From NCBI GenBank assembly GCA_944393135.1, contig CALXZC010000003.1, forward strand, positions 1-57,303: 57,303 nt of DNA, written 5' to 3'. This DNA is from an uncultured Clostridia bacterium (GTDB lineage: Bacteria; Bacillota; Clostridia; TANB77; CAG-508). Below, piece by piece: positions 1 to 12,216 of the stretch. A program made the position numbers and the translations under genes. Numbering within the stretch: the first letter of the stretch is position 1; the number at the start of each line of letters is the position of its first letter. Below the pieces are notes generated by a model, which had not been told where the DNA came from, ran no database searches, and saw only the letters and a program-made list of their open reading frames with translations.

Positions 1-92
1 TGATTTTATCATAAATTAAATACATTTTATTTTTGTTTTTCTAGAAATTAAAGTGATTTTGTGGTATTATAATAATGTGTGGAGGTAAAAAT

Positions 93-938
93 ATGACAAT
101 AAGAGAAACAATAAGAAAAGGAATGATAATATTAAAAAATAACAATGTAACTGAGCCAAATATAAAAGCTAGAATGATTATGCAATATGTGTTAAATAAG
201 CCAAGAGAATATTTAATGATATATGATGATGAAATATTAAAATTAAGACAAGAAGTAAATTATTTTAAAGCAATAAAAAAACTATGCCAAGGGATACCTT
301 TGCAACATATAACAAATATGCAAGAATTCATGAAAATGAGATTTTATGTAGATGAAAATGTGTTAATACCAAGGCAAGATACAGAGATATTAGTAGAAGA
401 AGTAATTAAAATAGCTAAAAAAATAAATGCAAAAAAAATTTTAGACTTATGTACTGGAAGTGGAGCAATAGCAGTGGCACTCGCTAAATATATAAAAAAT
501 AGTGAAATAACAGCAGTAGATATTTCAAAAAATGCTTTAAATATAGCAAAATTAAATGCTAAAAATAATGAAGTTGAGGAAAAAATAACATTTATACAAT
601 CAGATTTATTTAAAAACGTAAAAAAAGAAAAATATGATATTATAGTATCAAACCCTCCATATATAAAAAAAGATATTTTAAAAAAGCTAGATAGAGAAGT
701 ACAAAAAGAACCTGAAATAGCACTAGATGGCGGTTATGATGGACTTGATTTTTATAGAAAGATAATAAATATGGCAGATGAATATTTAAAATTCCACGGA
801 TATTTATGTTTTGAAATAGGGTATGACCAAAAAGAAGAGGTGGAAGAACTAATAAAAGAACAAGGAAAATATATAGAAACTTATTGTAAAAAAGACTTAT
901 GTGATAATGATAGAATAGTAGTAACAAAATTAAATTAA
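93..938 (+). CDS. prmC: Release factor glutamine methyltransferase PrmC/HemK
   Basis: VLIPRQDTE, LDLCTGSGAIA SAM motif, VSNPPY; start moved to ATG 93 behind GGAGGT. Confidence 0.95.
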   Translation: MTIRETIRKGMIILKNNNVTEPNIKARMIMQYVLNKPREYLMIYDDEILKLRQEVNYFKAIKKLCQGIPLQHITNMQEFMKMRFYVDENVLIPRQDTEILVEEVIKIAKKINAKKILDLCTGSGAIAVALAKYIKNSEITAVDISKNALNIAKLNAKNNEVEEKITFIQSDLFKNVKKEKYDIIVSNPPYIKKDILKKLDREVQKEPEIALDGGYDGLDFYRKIINMADEYLKFHGYLCFEIGYDQKEEVEELIKEQGKYIETYCKKDLCDNDRIVVTKLN

Positions 939-954
939 AAAGGAAGGATAAATT

Positions 955-1836
955 ATGTCTTTTTCTTCAGAAGTAAAACAAGAATTAAATAAAAATAGTA
1001 AATTAGTAAATAAGGAACAAGTAAAAAATGAATTAATAGGATATTTAATTTCTGGAAATATAGAAGTAAGTAAAAGAGGAAAAATAAAGTTTTCAACAGA
1101 GAGTGACTATAATATTAATAGATTTTCTAAATTACTTGCAAACTTAAATATAAACCATGATATAGAAATAATAGGAAAGAATTTTATAGTGAAATTGAAC
1201 AAAAAAGAAATCACTGACTTAGTTGATATAGAAAATAATCTAATATATTTAAAAGAAAAATATATAGACCAATTAAAAAATGAAAATTTAAAAGCAATAA
1301 TAAGAGGAGTATTTATGGGATCAGGCTCAATCAATGACCCTAATAAAAAATATCATCTAGAAATTAGTTTTAATACAGAAGAAAATGTAAATAAAATAAT
1401 ATCTATTTTAAAAATATTAGATATAAATACAAAAAAGATGATAATAGAAAATAAAAAATCCTTATATATAAAAGAAGGAGAAGAGATATCAAAATTCTTA
1501 GCATTAATAGGAGCAGCAAAAGCTGTAATGGATTTTGAAGAAATACGTATACAAAAAGAAATGAGAGGGAAAGTAAATAGATTAGTAAATTGTGAAACAG
1601 CAAACTTAAACAAAACAATAAATGCTTCAATAGAACAAATAGCAGCGATAAAAAAATTAAAAGAAAAAGGAAAATTTAGTAATTTAAGTGATAACTTAAA
1701 GGAAATTGCAAATCTAAGAATAGAAAATCCAGATATGTCATTATCTGATTTAGGGAAAAAACTAAATAAACCACTTGGAAAATCAGGTGTAAATTATAGA
1801 TTAAAAAAAATAATGGAGTTAGCAGATGAAGAATAA
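955..1836 (+). CDS. whiA: DNA-binding protein WhiA
   Basis: MSFSSEVK start, RGVFMGSGSINDP..YHLEI, VNRLVNCETANLNK, C-terminal HTH KSGVNYRL. Confidence 0.93.
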   Translation: MSFSSEVKQELNKNSKLVNKEQVKNELIGYLISGNIEVSKRGKIKFSTESDYNINRFSKLLANLNINHDIEIIGKNFIVKLNKKEITDLVDIENNLIYLKEKYIDQLKNENLKAIIRGVFMGSGSINDPNKKYHLEISFNTEENVNKIISILKILDINTKKMIIENKKSLYIKEGEEISKFLALIGAAKAVMDFEEIRIQKEMRGKVNRLVNCETANLNKTINASIEQIAAIKKLKEKGKFSNLSDNLKEIANLRIENPDMSLSDLGKKLNKPLGKSGVNYRLKKIMELADEE

Positions 1837-2953
1837 TTTTGGAATATATATACACATCCCATTTTGTGTCAGAAAATGCTATTATTGTGATTTTATATCA
1901 TTTTCTAATAAAGATGAATTAATAGAAAAGTATATAAACGCATTAAAAAAAGAGATAGAAGAATTTAACTTTAGTGTGTATAATACTACAACTATATATA
2001 TTGGAGGAGGTACACCATCATACTTAGAAGCAAAATATATAGAAGAAATATTAAACTTAATAAAGAAAAAATTAGAAAAAAATAAAACAAACTGGGAAGA
2101 TATAGAAATTACAATAGAATTAAACCCAGGAACAGTTACAGAAGAAAAATTAAAGATATATAAAGAAATCGGAATAAATAGATTAAGTATAGGACTTCAA
2201 AGTACAAATGATAAATTATTAAAAGAAATTGGAAGAATTCATACATATAAGGAGTTTTTAGATACATATAATTTAGCCAAAAAAATAGGATTTAATAATA
2301 TAAATGTAGACTTAATGATAGCACTTCCAAACCAATCAATTAAAGATATAAAGGAAAGTCTAGAAAAAATAGTTGAGTTAAATCCAAACCATGTAAGTGT
2401 ATATTCTCTAATAGTAGAAGAAGGAACGCCATTTTCTAAATGGTTAGAAGAAGGAAAAATAAAACTTCCATCAGATGAAGAAGAAAGAAGGATGTACTGG
2501 TATGTCAAAAACTTTTTAGAGCTTCATGAATATAATCATTATGAAATATCTAATTTTGCAAAAAAGGAAAAAGAAGCAAAGCACAATTTAAACTGTTGGA
2601 ACCAAGAAGAATATATAGGTTTTGGGTTAGCAGCACATTCATATATAAATAAAATAAGATTTTGTAATACAAATAATTTAGAAAAATATATAGAAAACAA
2701 TGAAAGAGAAATTGAAGAAAAACAAACAGAAGATGATGAAAAAAAAGAATTTATGATGTTAGGCTTTAGGAAAATAGATGGCATAAAAATATCAGAGTTC
2801 AAGAAAAAGTTTGGAGAAAATCCTTTGTTTTTATATAGAAAAGAACTTAATAAATTGGCAAAAGAAAACTTAATAGAGGTAGATTTAGATAATATTAGGT
2901 TAACATCTAAAGGAATAGATTTAGCAAATTTAGTATTTGAAGAATTCATATAA
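1826..2953 (+). CDS. hemW: Radical SAM heme chaperone HemW (HemN-like)
   Basis: YIHIPFCVRKCYYCDF radical SAM motif, IGGGTPS, HYEISNF. Confidence 0.9.
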   Translation: MKNNFGIYIHIPFCVRKCYYCDFISFSNKDELIEKYINALKKEIEEFNFSVYNTTTIYIGGGTPSYLEAKYIEEILNLIKKKLEKNKTNWEDIEITIELNPGTVTEEKLKIYKEIGINRLSIGLQSTNDKLLKEIGRIHTYKEFLDTYNLAKKIGFNNINVDLMIALPNQSIKDIKESLEKIVELNPNHVSVYSLIVEEGTPFSKWLEEGKIKLPSDEEERRMYWYVKNFLELHEYNHYEISNFAKKEKEAKHNLNCWNQEEYIGFGLAAHSYINKIRFCNTNNLEKYIENNEREIEEKQTEDDEKKEFMMLGFRKIDGIKISEFKKKFGENPLFLYRKELNKLAKENLIEVDLDNIRLTSKGIDLANLVFEEFI

Positions 2954-2956
2954 AAA

Positions 2957-3027
2957 AGAAAAAATGTTCGTAAAAACTATTGACTTTTTTAAAAAAAGGA
3001 AGTAGAATAAAGACGAACATTTTTTTG
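2957..3027 (+). promoter_or_regulatory. sigma-A promoter of recN flanked by two imperfect LexA/SOS-like boxes
   Basis: TTGACT 2980-2985, 17 bp spacer, TAGAAT 3003-3008; AAAAAATGTTCG (to 2970) and CGAACATTTTTT (from 3014) each carry one good half of the Firmicute GAAC-N4-GTTC box. Confidence 0.6.
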
Positions 3028-3043
3028 AAGCGGAGGAATTATT

Positions 3044-4675
3044 ATGATATCTACTTTACATATAAAAAATATAGGAATAATAGAAGATTTAAATATAGAT
3101 TTTAACAAAGGATTAAATGTTTTAACAGGGGAGACAGGAGCTGGAAAAACACTTATTATAGATAGTCTAGAAATAATATCAGGAGGTAGATTTTCTAAGG
3201 AAATGATAAGAAGAGGAGCTTCTAATTCTTTTGTAGAACTTTGCATGTATGTACCGAATTCAGAAAAATCAGAAGATGGAAATATAATAGTTTCAAGAGA
3301 AATAAATAGTAGTGGAAAAAACATGTGTAAAATAAACGGAAGAATGGTAACAGTTAATGAATTAAGAGATTTTATGAGAGAATTTATAGAAATACATGGG
3401 CAAAACGATAATCAAAGTCTATTAGATAGCAAAAGGCATTTAATATATTTAGATAGTTATTCAGGAGAAAAGCTAACAAGCATAAAGGAAAAGTATATAA
3501 ATTATTATAATGAGTATAAAAATATACAAAAAGAGCTAAAAGAAAATTTTGGAGATGAAAAAGAAAAACAAAGAAAAATTGATTTACTGCAATATCAAAT
3601 AAATGAAATAGAGGAAGCAAACCTAAGACTAAATGAGGAAAATGAACTAGAAGAACAAAGAAAACACATGCAAAATTCAGAAAAAATATCAGAAAGCTTA
3701 AATATGGCAAATAACTTAATTGAAGAAAATGGTATAGATAATATCAGTATGGCAATAAGAGCTTTAGAAAAAATAGAAAATATAGATAAAAAATATGAAA
3801 CAGCATCAAACAACTTAAAAAATATTTATTATGAATTACAAGAGATTGCAAGAGATATAAGCTCATATAAAGATGATAGCTATTTTGATGAAGAACAAAG
3901 AGATTACATAGAAGAAAGATTAGATTTAATTCATTCTTTGAAAAGAAAATATGGAAATACAATAGAAGAAATACTACAATATAAAACAGATATAAAAGAA
4001 GAATTGGAAAAAATAGAAAATTTAGAAGAATATAATAATAATTTAAGAAAGCAAAAAGAAGAATTAGAAGAAAAATTAAACTTATTAGCTGAAAAAATGC
4101 ACGAAATAAGAATTAAATATTCAAATAAATTATTAAATGATATTAATAGAGAACTAGAAGAGTTAGAAATGAAAAATGCTAAAATAAATATTAAAGTAGA
4201 TTATATAGAAGATGAGTTTTTTAAAAACGGAAAAGATATCGTAAAATTTTATATAATCACAAATATAGGAGAAGAAGAAAAAGAATTATCTAAGATTGCA
4301 TCAGGTGGAGAAATGTCAAGAATAATGCTTGCAATAAAAAAAGTATTAGCAGAATTCGACAATACACCAATACTTGTTTTTGATGAAATAGATACAGGAA
4401 TTAGTGGAAAGGCAGCAAATAGTGTGGCAAATAAATTAGAAACTATTTCAAAAAAACACCAAGTACTATGTATATCACATTTACCAAATATCGCAGCAAT
4501 AGCAGATTATAATTATTTTATAAGTAAAAATGTTAAAGAAGATAGAACAAGAACACAGATAAAATTACTTAAAGAAACTGAAGTTATAGAAGAAATAGCT
4601 AGAATATCTTCTGGAGAAGTAAATGATGTAACATTAAAATATGCAAGAGAACTAAGAAATAAAAAAGCATCTTAG
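3044..4675 (+). CDS. recN: DNA repair protein RecN
   Basis: LTGETGAGKT Walker A, EIHGQ, coiled coil, ASGGEMSR, FDEIDTGISG, CISHLP. Confidence 0.95.
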   Translation: MISTLHIKNIGIIEDLNIDFNKGLNVLTGETGAGKTLIIDSLEIISGGRFSKEMIRRGASNSFVELCMYVPNSEKSEDGNIIVSREINSSGKNMCKINGRMVTVNELRDFMREFIEIHGQNDNQSLLDSKRHLIYLDSYSGEKLTSIKEKYINYYNEYKNIQKELKENFGDEKEKQRKIDLLQYQINEIEEANLRLNEENELEEQRKHMQNSEKISESLNMANNLIEENGIDNISMAIRALEKIENIDKKYETASNNLKNIYYELQEIARDISSYKDDSYFDEEQRDYIEERLDLIHSLKRKYGNTIEEILQYKTDIKEELEKIENLEEYNNNLRKQKEELEEKLNLLAEKMHEIRIKYSNKLLNDINRELEELEMKNAKINIKVDYIEDEFFKNGKDIVKFYIITNIGEEEKELSKIASGGEMSRIMLAIKKVLAEFDNTPILVFDEIDTGISGKAANSVANKLETISKKHQVLCISHLPNIAAIADYNYFISKNVKEDRTRTQIKLLKETEVIEEIARISSGEVNDVTLKYARELRNKKAS

Positions 4676-4727
4676 AATAAATTTCCAAAAATAGGTTAGA
4701 ATACTAAAAATATATAATATTATTTAG

Positions 4728-5999
<1,272 letters not shown>

Positions 6000-6009
6000 A
6001 TTTAAGGTT

Positions 6010-6057
6010 AAAAAAGATTATATATTTTTATATAACGTAAAATGTATAATCTTTTTA
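6010..6057 (+). terminator. Hairpin terminator after eno
   Basis: AAAAAGATTATATATTTT / AAAATGTATAATCTTTTT inverted repeat. Confidence 0.55.
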
Positions 6058-6124
6058 TTGCAAAAAAGAAAAAGTTGTGATATAAAATATAATAAATAAA
6101 AGCAAATTGAAAAGAGGTGAATTC

Positions 6125-6859
6125 ATGATAAAGGCTTACGCAAAATCTGATATTGGAAAAGTAAGAGAAATAAATGAAGACGCTTTTTATGCATCTGATT
6201 CCTTAGATGAAGTACAATTATATATGTTAGCTGACGGAATGGGAGGTTATAAAGGTGGAGAAATTGCAAGTAAGCTTGCAATACAATCTGCAAAAAACTA
6301 TATAGAAAATAATTTTCAACAAATAGAAAAAGATAAGGACAGTATAATACAATTAGTTGGAAGTAGTATAGAATATGCTAATATGATAGTATATGAAAAA
6401 TCAAAAGAAAATAAAGAATTAGAAGGAATGGGTACTACTTTAGACGTGTGTTTAATATATAATAATAGAGTGTTTATTGGACATGTTGGAGACAGTAGAG
6501 TATATCGTATAAGAAAAGAATTTATGCGAAAATTAACACAAGACCATAGTTATGTTCAAAAATTAGTAAAAGATGGAACAATAACTAAAGAAGAAGCAGT
6601 ACATCATCCACAAAAAAATATGTTAATGAAGGCATTAGGATGTAATGCTTTTGTAGAACCAGATGTTATGGTAAAAGGATTTTTAAAAGATGATATATTA
6701 ATTATGAATTCAGATGGATTAACTAATCTAGTATCACAAGAGGAAATATTTAAAGAAGCAAAAAAGAATATAGAACAAGCACCAAAAGAATTAGTAAAAC
6801 TTGCAAATAACAATGGTGGATATGACAACATAACTGTAATTGTAATAAAGAATATATAA
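6125..6859 (+). CDS. stp: PP2C-type Ser/Thr phosphatase (Stp1/PrpC)
   Basis: SDIGKVREINED, LADGMGG, GMGTT, HVGDSR, SDGL, GGYDNIT; upstream of the PASTA kinase. Confidence 0.92.
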   Translation: MIKAYAKSDIGKVREINEDAFYASDSLDEVQLYMLADGMGGYKGGEIASKLAIQSAKNYIENNFQQIEKDKDSIIQLVGSSIEYANMIVYEKSKENKELEGMGTTLDVCLIYNNRVFIGHVGDSRVYRIRKEFMRKLTQDHSYVQKLVKDGTITKEEAVHHPQKNMLMKALGCNAFVEPDVMVKGFLKDDILIMNSDGLTNLVSQEEIFKEAKKNIEQAPKELVKLANNNGGYDNITVIVIKNI

Positions 6860-6898
6860 CGTTCTACAAATTAAACATTTGTTAAGGAGAGATAAATT

Positions 6899-8887
6899 AT
6901 GAATTTAGAAGGTAAGCTATTAGGAAATCGATATGAAATTATCGAAAAAATTGGAAATGGTGGAATGGCTACTGTATACAAAGCAACAGATATAATCTTA
7001 AAAAGAAATGTTGCTGTAAAAATCCTTAGAGATGAATTTACAACTGATGAAGAATTCATAAAAAGGTTTGAAGTAGAAGCACAATCAGCTGCAAGACTAA
7101 CACATCCTAATATTGTATCTATTTATGATGTAGGGGTAGAAGATAATTTACATTATATAGTAATGGAACTAATACAAGGAAAAACTTTAAAAGAAATAAT
7201 ACTAGAAGAAAAAGGTCCACTTCCTTGGAAATGGTCAGTAAATGTAGCAATACAAATATCATCTGCATTAGAAACAGCACATAGAAATAATATTGTACAT
7301 AGAGATATAAAACCACATAATATAATAATAACAGAAGATGGAATAGCAAAAGTAACAGACTTTGGTATAGCAAAAGCAGTTTCAAACTCAACAATAACAG
7401 CATTTGGAACAACGATAGGCTCAGTGCATTATTTCTCACCAGAACATGCAAGAGGAGGATTTACTGATGCAAAATCAGATTTATATTCATTAGGAGTTGT
7501 CCTATATGAAATGGTAACAGGAAAAGTGCCATTTGATGCAGATACACCAGTATCAGTAGCATTAAAACATATGCAAGAAAAACCAAAGGAACCAATAGAA
7601 GTAAATCCAAATGTACCTGTAGCAGTAAATAAAATAATAATGAAAGCTCTTCAAAAAGATACAACATTAAGATATCAAACAGCAACAGAAATGTTAGATG
7701 ACTTGAGAAAAGCACTAAAAAATCCAGATGGAGATTTTGTAGATGACAGCGAATATGATCCAACAGCAAAAACTCAAGTATTACATACAGAAATGTACAA
7801 TAATTCTAGGGGTAATAATGAAACCGCTAGAAAAAAAGAAGGAAAGTTCAAAACTTTCATAAAAAAACATAAAAAGTTGAGTATATTTCTTGGGTTAATA
7901 ATATTATTTGCACTAAGTTTAGGGGGAACAATATTAGCATTAAATTTAACAAATCCTCCAGAAGTAGATATGCCAAAAGTAGTAGGACTATCTGAGGAAG
8001 AAGCAAAGCAAGAAGTAGAAAATGCAAAACTGGTATTTGAAGTATCAAGTGAAGAATATAACAAAGATGTTCCAGAAGGATATGTAATTTCACAAAAAGC
8101 AGAAGCAGACATAGGAGATTTTACAACCATGCCAGCAGATAGAAAGGTAAAAGAAGGAAGTAAAATACTAGTTATAGTAAGTAAAGGGCAAGAAAAAACA
8201 ACAGTACCTAATGTAGAAGGAAAAGAAAAAGATGAAGCAATAAAGATGTTAAAAGATGCAAAATTGGAAGCAGAAGTTATTGAAGAGACAAGTAAGACTG
8301 TAGAAGAAGGATATGTAATAAGCCAAGAAACAGAGCCAGATACAGAAGCATTTGCAGGAGATACCGTAAAAATACATGTAAGTACAGGAACAGGAATAAG
8401 AGAGGTAACAGTAATTAGTGTAATTGGTCAAGACGAAGCAACAGCAAAATCAAACTTAGAAAACTTAGGATTGAAAGTAAATATTACTTATCAGGATGCA
8501 ACATCTGACAATGGAAAAGTTACTAAACAAAGTATTGATGCAAACAAAGTTGTAGATGAAGGAACAACAATTACATTAACGGTAAACAAAGTAGCGGAAA
8601 ATAAAGATATAGAAGTAAATGTAAATGTCAAAAAATTAGTAGAAAGTTATTTCTCAGAGCAAAGTGATGAAACAGAAGGAAATAGTAATAAAAATGTAAA
8701 TGTAAAAGTAAATAATGAAACAAGAACAGTAAGTAGTTCAACAGAAAACTGCTCAGTAACACTTTCAGGAAAAGATGGACAGTCATTAGAAATAAAGGTA
8801 TCAATTACAGATCCAAGCAATGGAAATCAAATTTATAGTTCAAGTAAAACAGTTACATTAGGCTCAGAGACATCAATTACATTTTAA
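6899..8887 (+). CDS. pknB: PASTA-domain Ser/Thr protein kinase (PrkC/PknB)
   Basis: IGNGGMATVY, HRDIKPHN, DFGIAKA, TM helix and about three PASTA repeats. Confidence 0.95.
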   Translation: MNLEGKLLGNRYEIIEKIGNGGMATVYKATDIILKRNVAVKILRDEFTTDEEFIKRFEVEAQSAARLTHPNIVSIYDVGVEDNLHYIVMELIQGKTLKEIILEEKGPLPWKWSVNVAIQISSALETAHRNNIVHRDIKPHNIIITEDGIAKVTDFGIAKAVSNSTITAFGTTIGSVHYFSPEHARGGFTDAKSDLYSLGVVLYEMVTGKVPFDADTPVSVALKHMQEKPKEPIEVNPNVPVAVNKIIMKALQKDTTLRYQTATEMLDDLRKALKNPDGDFVDDSEYDPTAKTQVLHTEMYNNSRGNNETARKKEGKFKTFIKKHKKLSIFLGLIILFALSLGGTILALNLTNPPEVDMPKVVGLSEEEAKQEVENAKLVFEVSSEEYNKDVPEGYVISQKAEADIGDFTTMPADRKVKEGSKILVIVSKGQEKTTVPNVEGKEKDEAIKMLKDAKLEAEVIEETSKTVEEGYVISQETEPDTEAFAGDTVKIHVSTGTGIREVTVISVIGQDEATAKSNLENLGLKVNITYQDATSDNGKVTKQSIDANKVVDEGTTITLTVNKVAENKDIEVNVNVKKLVESYFSEQSDETEGNSNKNVNVKVNNETRTVSSSTENCSVTLSGKDGQSLEIKVSITDPSNGNQIYSSSKTVTLGSETSITF

Positions 8888-8892
8888 GTTAG

Positions 8893-8938
8893 AAAAATAG
8901 AAGGAAAAGAAATGAAAATTTTTAGTCCTTCTATTTTT
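8893..8938 (+). terminator. Terminator hairpin after pknB
   Basis: AAAAATAGAAGGA ... TCCTTCTATTTTT. Confidence 0.6.
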
Positions 8939-9101
8939 ATGTAATGAAAATATTAAAGTTGGGAAAAATCATTACGAAAAAGTTCCGAAAACGGAAAAAA
9001 TTCGTAATGGTATTAATAAATGATTATTTAATATTTTTAGGATTTAAAACTTAATATTAAGAATTGCTAATTTATAATTTTTAATATATAATATAAATAG
9101 T

Positions 9102-9197
9102 ATCTGTCCCAGATGCGACAGAAAATAGGCATGGGGACAGTCCCTACTGAGACATTTTGTAGGCATGGGGACTGTCCCCAATGACCCAGTGAGACAT
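9102..9197. repeat. REP-like repeat cluster, copy 1 (upstream of rsgA)
   Basis: TCTGTCCCAGATGCGACA...TAGGCATGGGGACAGTCCC...TAGGCATGGGGACTGTCCCC; matches copies at 15.6, 20.2, 51.2 and 51.8 kb. Confidence 0.85.
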
Positions 9198-9207
9198 GGA
9201 GGTTTTT

Positions 9208-10119
9208 ATGAGAGGTATTATTATTGAGAATATTTCTAACTTATATAGGGTGAAGATAATAGAAAAAAATGGTGATGCTAAAGGAAAGATTTATGAAGCT
9301 AATGCAAGAGGAAGGTTCAAAAAAGATGATATTACTCCTGTTGTGGGGGATTTTGTAGAATGTGAGCTTGTTAAAGAGGATAAAGAAAAAGATAGAGTTA
9401 GCATAGATAAAATCTTGAATAGAAAAGTATATATAAAAAGACCAAAGCTTGCAAATATTAATAAAATAGTCTTAGTAGTCTCTAGTAAACATCCTAAACC
9501 TGATTTACTTATGCTTGATAAACAACTAGCTTTTGTAGAATTTTTAGGAATAGAGCCACTGATTGTACTAAATAAAATAGATTTAGATAAAAATGAGCTT
9601 TTTAAAGAAATAAAAAGAGTTTATCAAAAAGTAGGATATAAAGTTATAGAGACAGAAGCAAAAGAAGGTAAAGGAATAGATGGTTTAATGAAGGAAATGT
9701 ATGGATATACAAATGCATTTTCTGGAAATTCTGGTGTTGGAAAATCTACTTTGATAAATGCAATATTTAAAGAAGATATAACACAAGAAGGGGAAATAAG
9801 TAAAAAAAGTAAGAGAGGTAAAAATACAACGACATCTACTAAATTATATGAAATAAATAATAAAACATTTATAGCTGATACACCGGGATTTTCAACTTTT
9901 GATATTTCAGAAATTGAAAGCAAAGATTTAGCAAAGTATTTTAAAGAATTTAAAGAACATATACCAGAATGTGAATTTATTGGTTGTACACATATAAAAG
10001 AAGAAAATTGCGGCATAAAAAATGCTATAAAAGAAGGGAAAATCGAACAAGAAAGATATGATAGGTTTTGTAAAATTTATCAAGAATTAAAGCAAAGAGA
10101 GGAGAGAAAAAAATGGTAG
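9208..10119 (+). CDS. rsgA: 30S ribosomal subunit biogenesis GTPase RsgA
   Basis: circularly permuted GTPase NKID ... GNSGVGKSTL ... RGKNTT ... DTPGFS, zinc finger CEFIGCTHIKEENC. Confidence 0.95.
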   Translation: MRGIIIENISNLYRVKIIEKNGDAKGKIYEANARGRFKKDDITPVVGDFVECELVKEDKEKDRVSIDKILNRKVYIKRPKLANINKIVLVVSSKHPKPDLLMLDKQLAFVEFLGIEPLIVLNKIDLDKNELFKEIKRVYQKVGYKVIETEAKEGKGIDGLMKEMYGYTNAFSGNSGVGKSTLINAIFKEDITQEGEISKKSKRGKNTTTSTKLYEINNKTFIADTPGFSTFDISEIESKDLAKYFKEFKEHIPECEFIGCTHIKEENCGIKNAIKEGKIEQERYDRFCKIYQELKQREERKKW

Positions 10120-10775
10120 AAATATCAACTTCAATACTTTCTATGAAAAAAGGAGAAGAAAATAAAACAATACTTGCATTAGAAACTAGCAAAACTGATT
10201 ATTTCCATATAGATGTTATGGATGGTAAATTTGTTCAAAATAATACATATAATAAAATGCTTGAGTATAGTTCATATATAAAAAGAATATCTAATTTACC
10301 ATTAGATGTGCATTTAATGGTTGAAGATGTAAAACATGCAATAGATGATTTCTTAGCAGTCGAGCCTAATATAATAACATTTCATTTAGAAGCTTGTAAA
10401 ACCAAAGAAGAGGTATTTGAAATAATAAAGTACATAAAGGAAAATAATTGTAAAGTAGGTATATCAATAAAGCCAGATACTAAAATAGAGGATGTATATG
10501 AATTTTTACCATATATTCATATGTGTTTAATAATGACAGTAGAACCAGGAAAGGGTGGACAAAGTTTAATATTAGAGACTTTAGAGAAGATAAAAGAATT
10601 AAAAAGATATATAGAAGAAAATAAAATAGAAATAGATATTGAAGCAGATGGTGGAATTAATTTAGCTACTGTAGAAGATGTAAAAAAAGCAGGAGCAAAT
10701 ATATTGGTTGCAGGAACAGCTATATTAATGGCAAAAGATTATAAAATAATTATAGATGAATTAAAAAAAGAATAG
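10113..10775 (+). CDS. rpe: Ribulose-phosphate 3-epimerase
   Basis: HIDVMDGKFV, DVHLMV, MTVEPGKGGQ, EADGGIN. Confidence 0.93.
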   Translation: MVEISTSILSMKKGEENKTILALETSKTDYFHIDVMDGKFVQNNTYNKMLEYSSYIKRISNLPLDVHLMVEDVKHAIDDFLAVEPNIITFHLEACKTKEEVFEIIKYIKENNCKVGISIKPDTKIEDVYEFLPYIHMCLIMTVEPGKGGQSLILETLEKIKELKRYIEENKIEIDIEADGGINLATVEDVKKAGANILVAGTAILMAKDYKIIIDELKKE

Positions 10776-10798
10776 AACTTAAAAAATTCTATTCTTTT
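10766..10798. terminator. Bidirectional terminator between convergent genes
   Basis: AAAAGAATAGAA ... TTCTATTCTTTT. Confidence 0.55.
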
Positions 10799-10804
10799 AA
10801 TATG

Positions 10805-12034
10805 TTATTTATCTTCTTTCTTTTTATTTTTATCTTTTTTTGTTTTTTCAGATTTAGGTTCATTAGTTTTCTTTGTATCACTTGAAATTTCTTTATTTCT
10901 AGTAAAAGGTAAAATACCACTTATTAAAATACCAAGTCCTAATATTGCTACTACTATACTAATAATTCTTCCAACGAAAGGAATTAAGCAAACTAGCCAT
11001 AAAACAATAGCTGTTAGTATTAAAATACCTAATTTGCCAACTGTTTTTTCAACCTTAAGTTTTTTACAGATTAAATTATTGATAGCAATTACAAATATTG
11101 AAGAACTGATAATACAAGCTAGTAATAACATTAAAAGACTAAGTCCTGCAATAGTTGAAGTTATTCCTAGTAATATTAAAATTACAAATGCGATTATTAA
11201 TAAAATTGGTGTTAAAATTCCCAATCCAATCGTTGATGGTAGTTTTTTAGTAAGTATTCTATTAGTACGGTCTAAAAATTTAGGTGCAAGCCATAAGCAT
11301 AAAAGCCAAACAATCACAACAGTAACTAAAAATTTACCAAGTGATAATATATAAGATTGAATTGATATAGATGAATTTTCAACCTTTGTAAAATTAACAT
11401 TTCCTGCAACAACTCCATCAGGAATTGAAATTTCTTGAGTGGCAGAATAGTTTAAATCTCCACTAATTGAAGCCTTTGTTGCAATAGTATCTTCTTCTGA
11501 AGTATTTACTTGAATATTATTTGTTTTTAGGTATACATTTCTTCCTATCATTCCAGATAAAGTAAAATCTTTAGAAATAGCTCTTACATCACGGGCAATA
11601 TAACCACTAATCTGAATATTATTTGAATATGCATATAAATCGTACATTGAACCACCTACAGTAATATTTGGTGATACTGCAAATAAATTACCGAAAATAT
11701 AGCTACCTGGTTGAATATTAATATTATTTGCATAAATAAAAGCATCTCCACCTATTTGTGAATAAATATTAACTGTATTTGCAAAAACAAATAGATTTCC
11801 ATCTATAATATAATCAATAGTAACATCATCACCAGTTAAATAAACATCACCTTGTTTATAATTTTCCATACTAGTAGCATTTTGAGCAGCTTGATTTTCA
11901 GCTCCTTGAATTATTTCTTCTTGTGTCGTTGTATATCCTTCAGCTTCATTATCTTCAGCTCTAACTATTGGAAGAGATAGAGATAAAATAATTACTGCAA
12001 GCAATACAACTATTTTAAATTTGCTTTTTAACAT
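10805..12034 (-). CDS. Membrane protein with signal peptide, beta-helix (bactofilin/polymer-forming-like) repeats and C-terminal TM bundle
   Basis: repeating I.G.lf..a..v.I pattern (IDGNLFVFANTVNI, IGGDAFIYANNINI, IFGNLFAVSPNITV), then about 5 TM helices. Confidence 0.6.
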   Translation of the reverse strand: MLKSKFKIVVLLAVIILSLSLPIVRAEDNEAEGYTTTQEEIIQGAENQAAQNATSMENYKQGDVYLTGDDVTIDYIIDGNLFVFANTVNIYSQIGGDAFIYANNINIQPGSYIFGNLFAVSPNITVGGSMYDLYAYSNNIQISGYIARDVRAISKDFTLSGMIGRNVYLKTNNIQVNTSEEDTIATKASISGDLNYSATQEISIPDGVVAGNVNFTKVENSSISIQSYILSLGKFLVTVVIVWLLCLWLAPKFLDRTNRILTKKLPSTIGLGILTPILLIIAFVILILLGITSTIAGLSLLMLLLACIISSSIFVIAINNLICKKLKVEKTVGKLGILILTAIVLWLVCLIPFVGRIISIVVAILGLGILISGILPFTRNKEISSDTKKTNEPKSEKTKKDKNKKKEDK

Positions 12035-12216
12035 TAAAATCCCTCCTATATTTATTTAATTCTATGTAAAAAATATATAACTTTATTATAGTTTTGTCAA
12101 TTAATTTACTATAGAGTTTTGATATTTTTAAGAAAAATAAGGGAATTATTGCTTGCAAGAAATTTAAATTATGTGATATATATAAAACAAAGACTTTAAT
12201 TTAAAGGGGAATTTTA

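Noticed and set aside
9102-9197. CRISPR array (repeats with ~35-bp period; also 20231-20335)
   Set aside because: Only 2-3 degenerate units, no unique spacers, no cas genes, and dispersed copies; fits REP-like repeats
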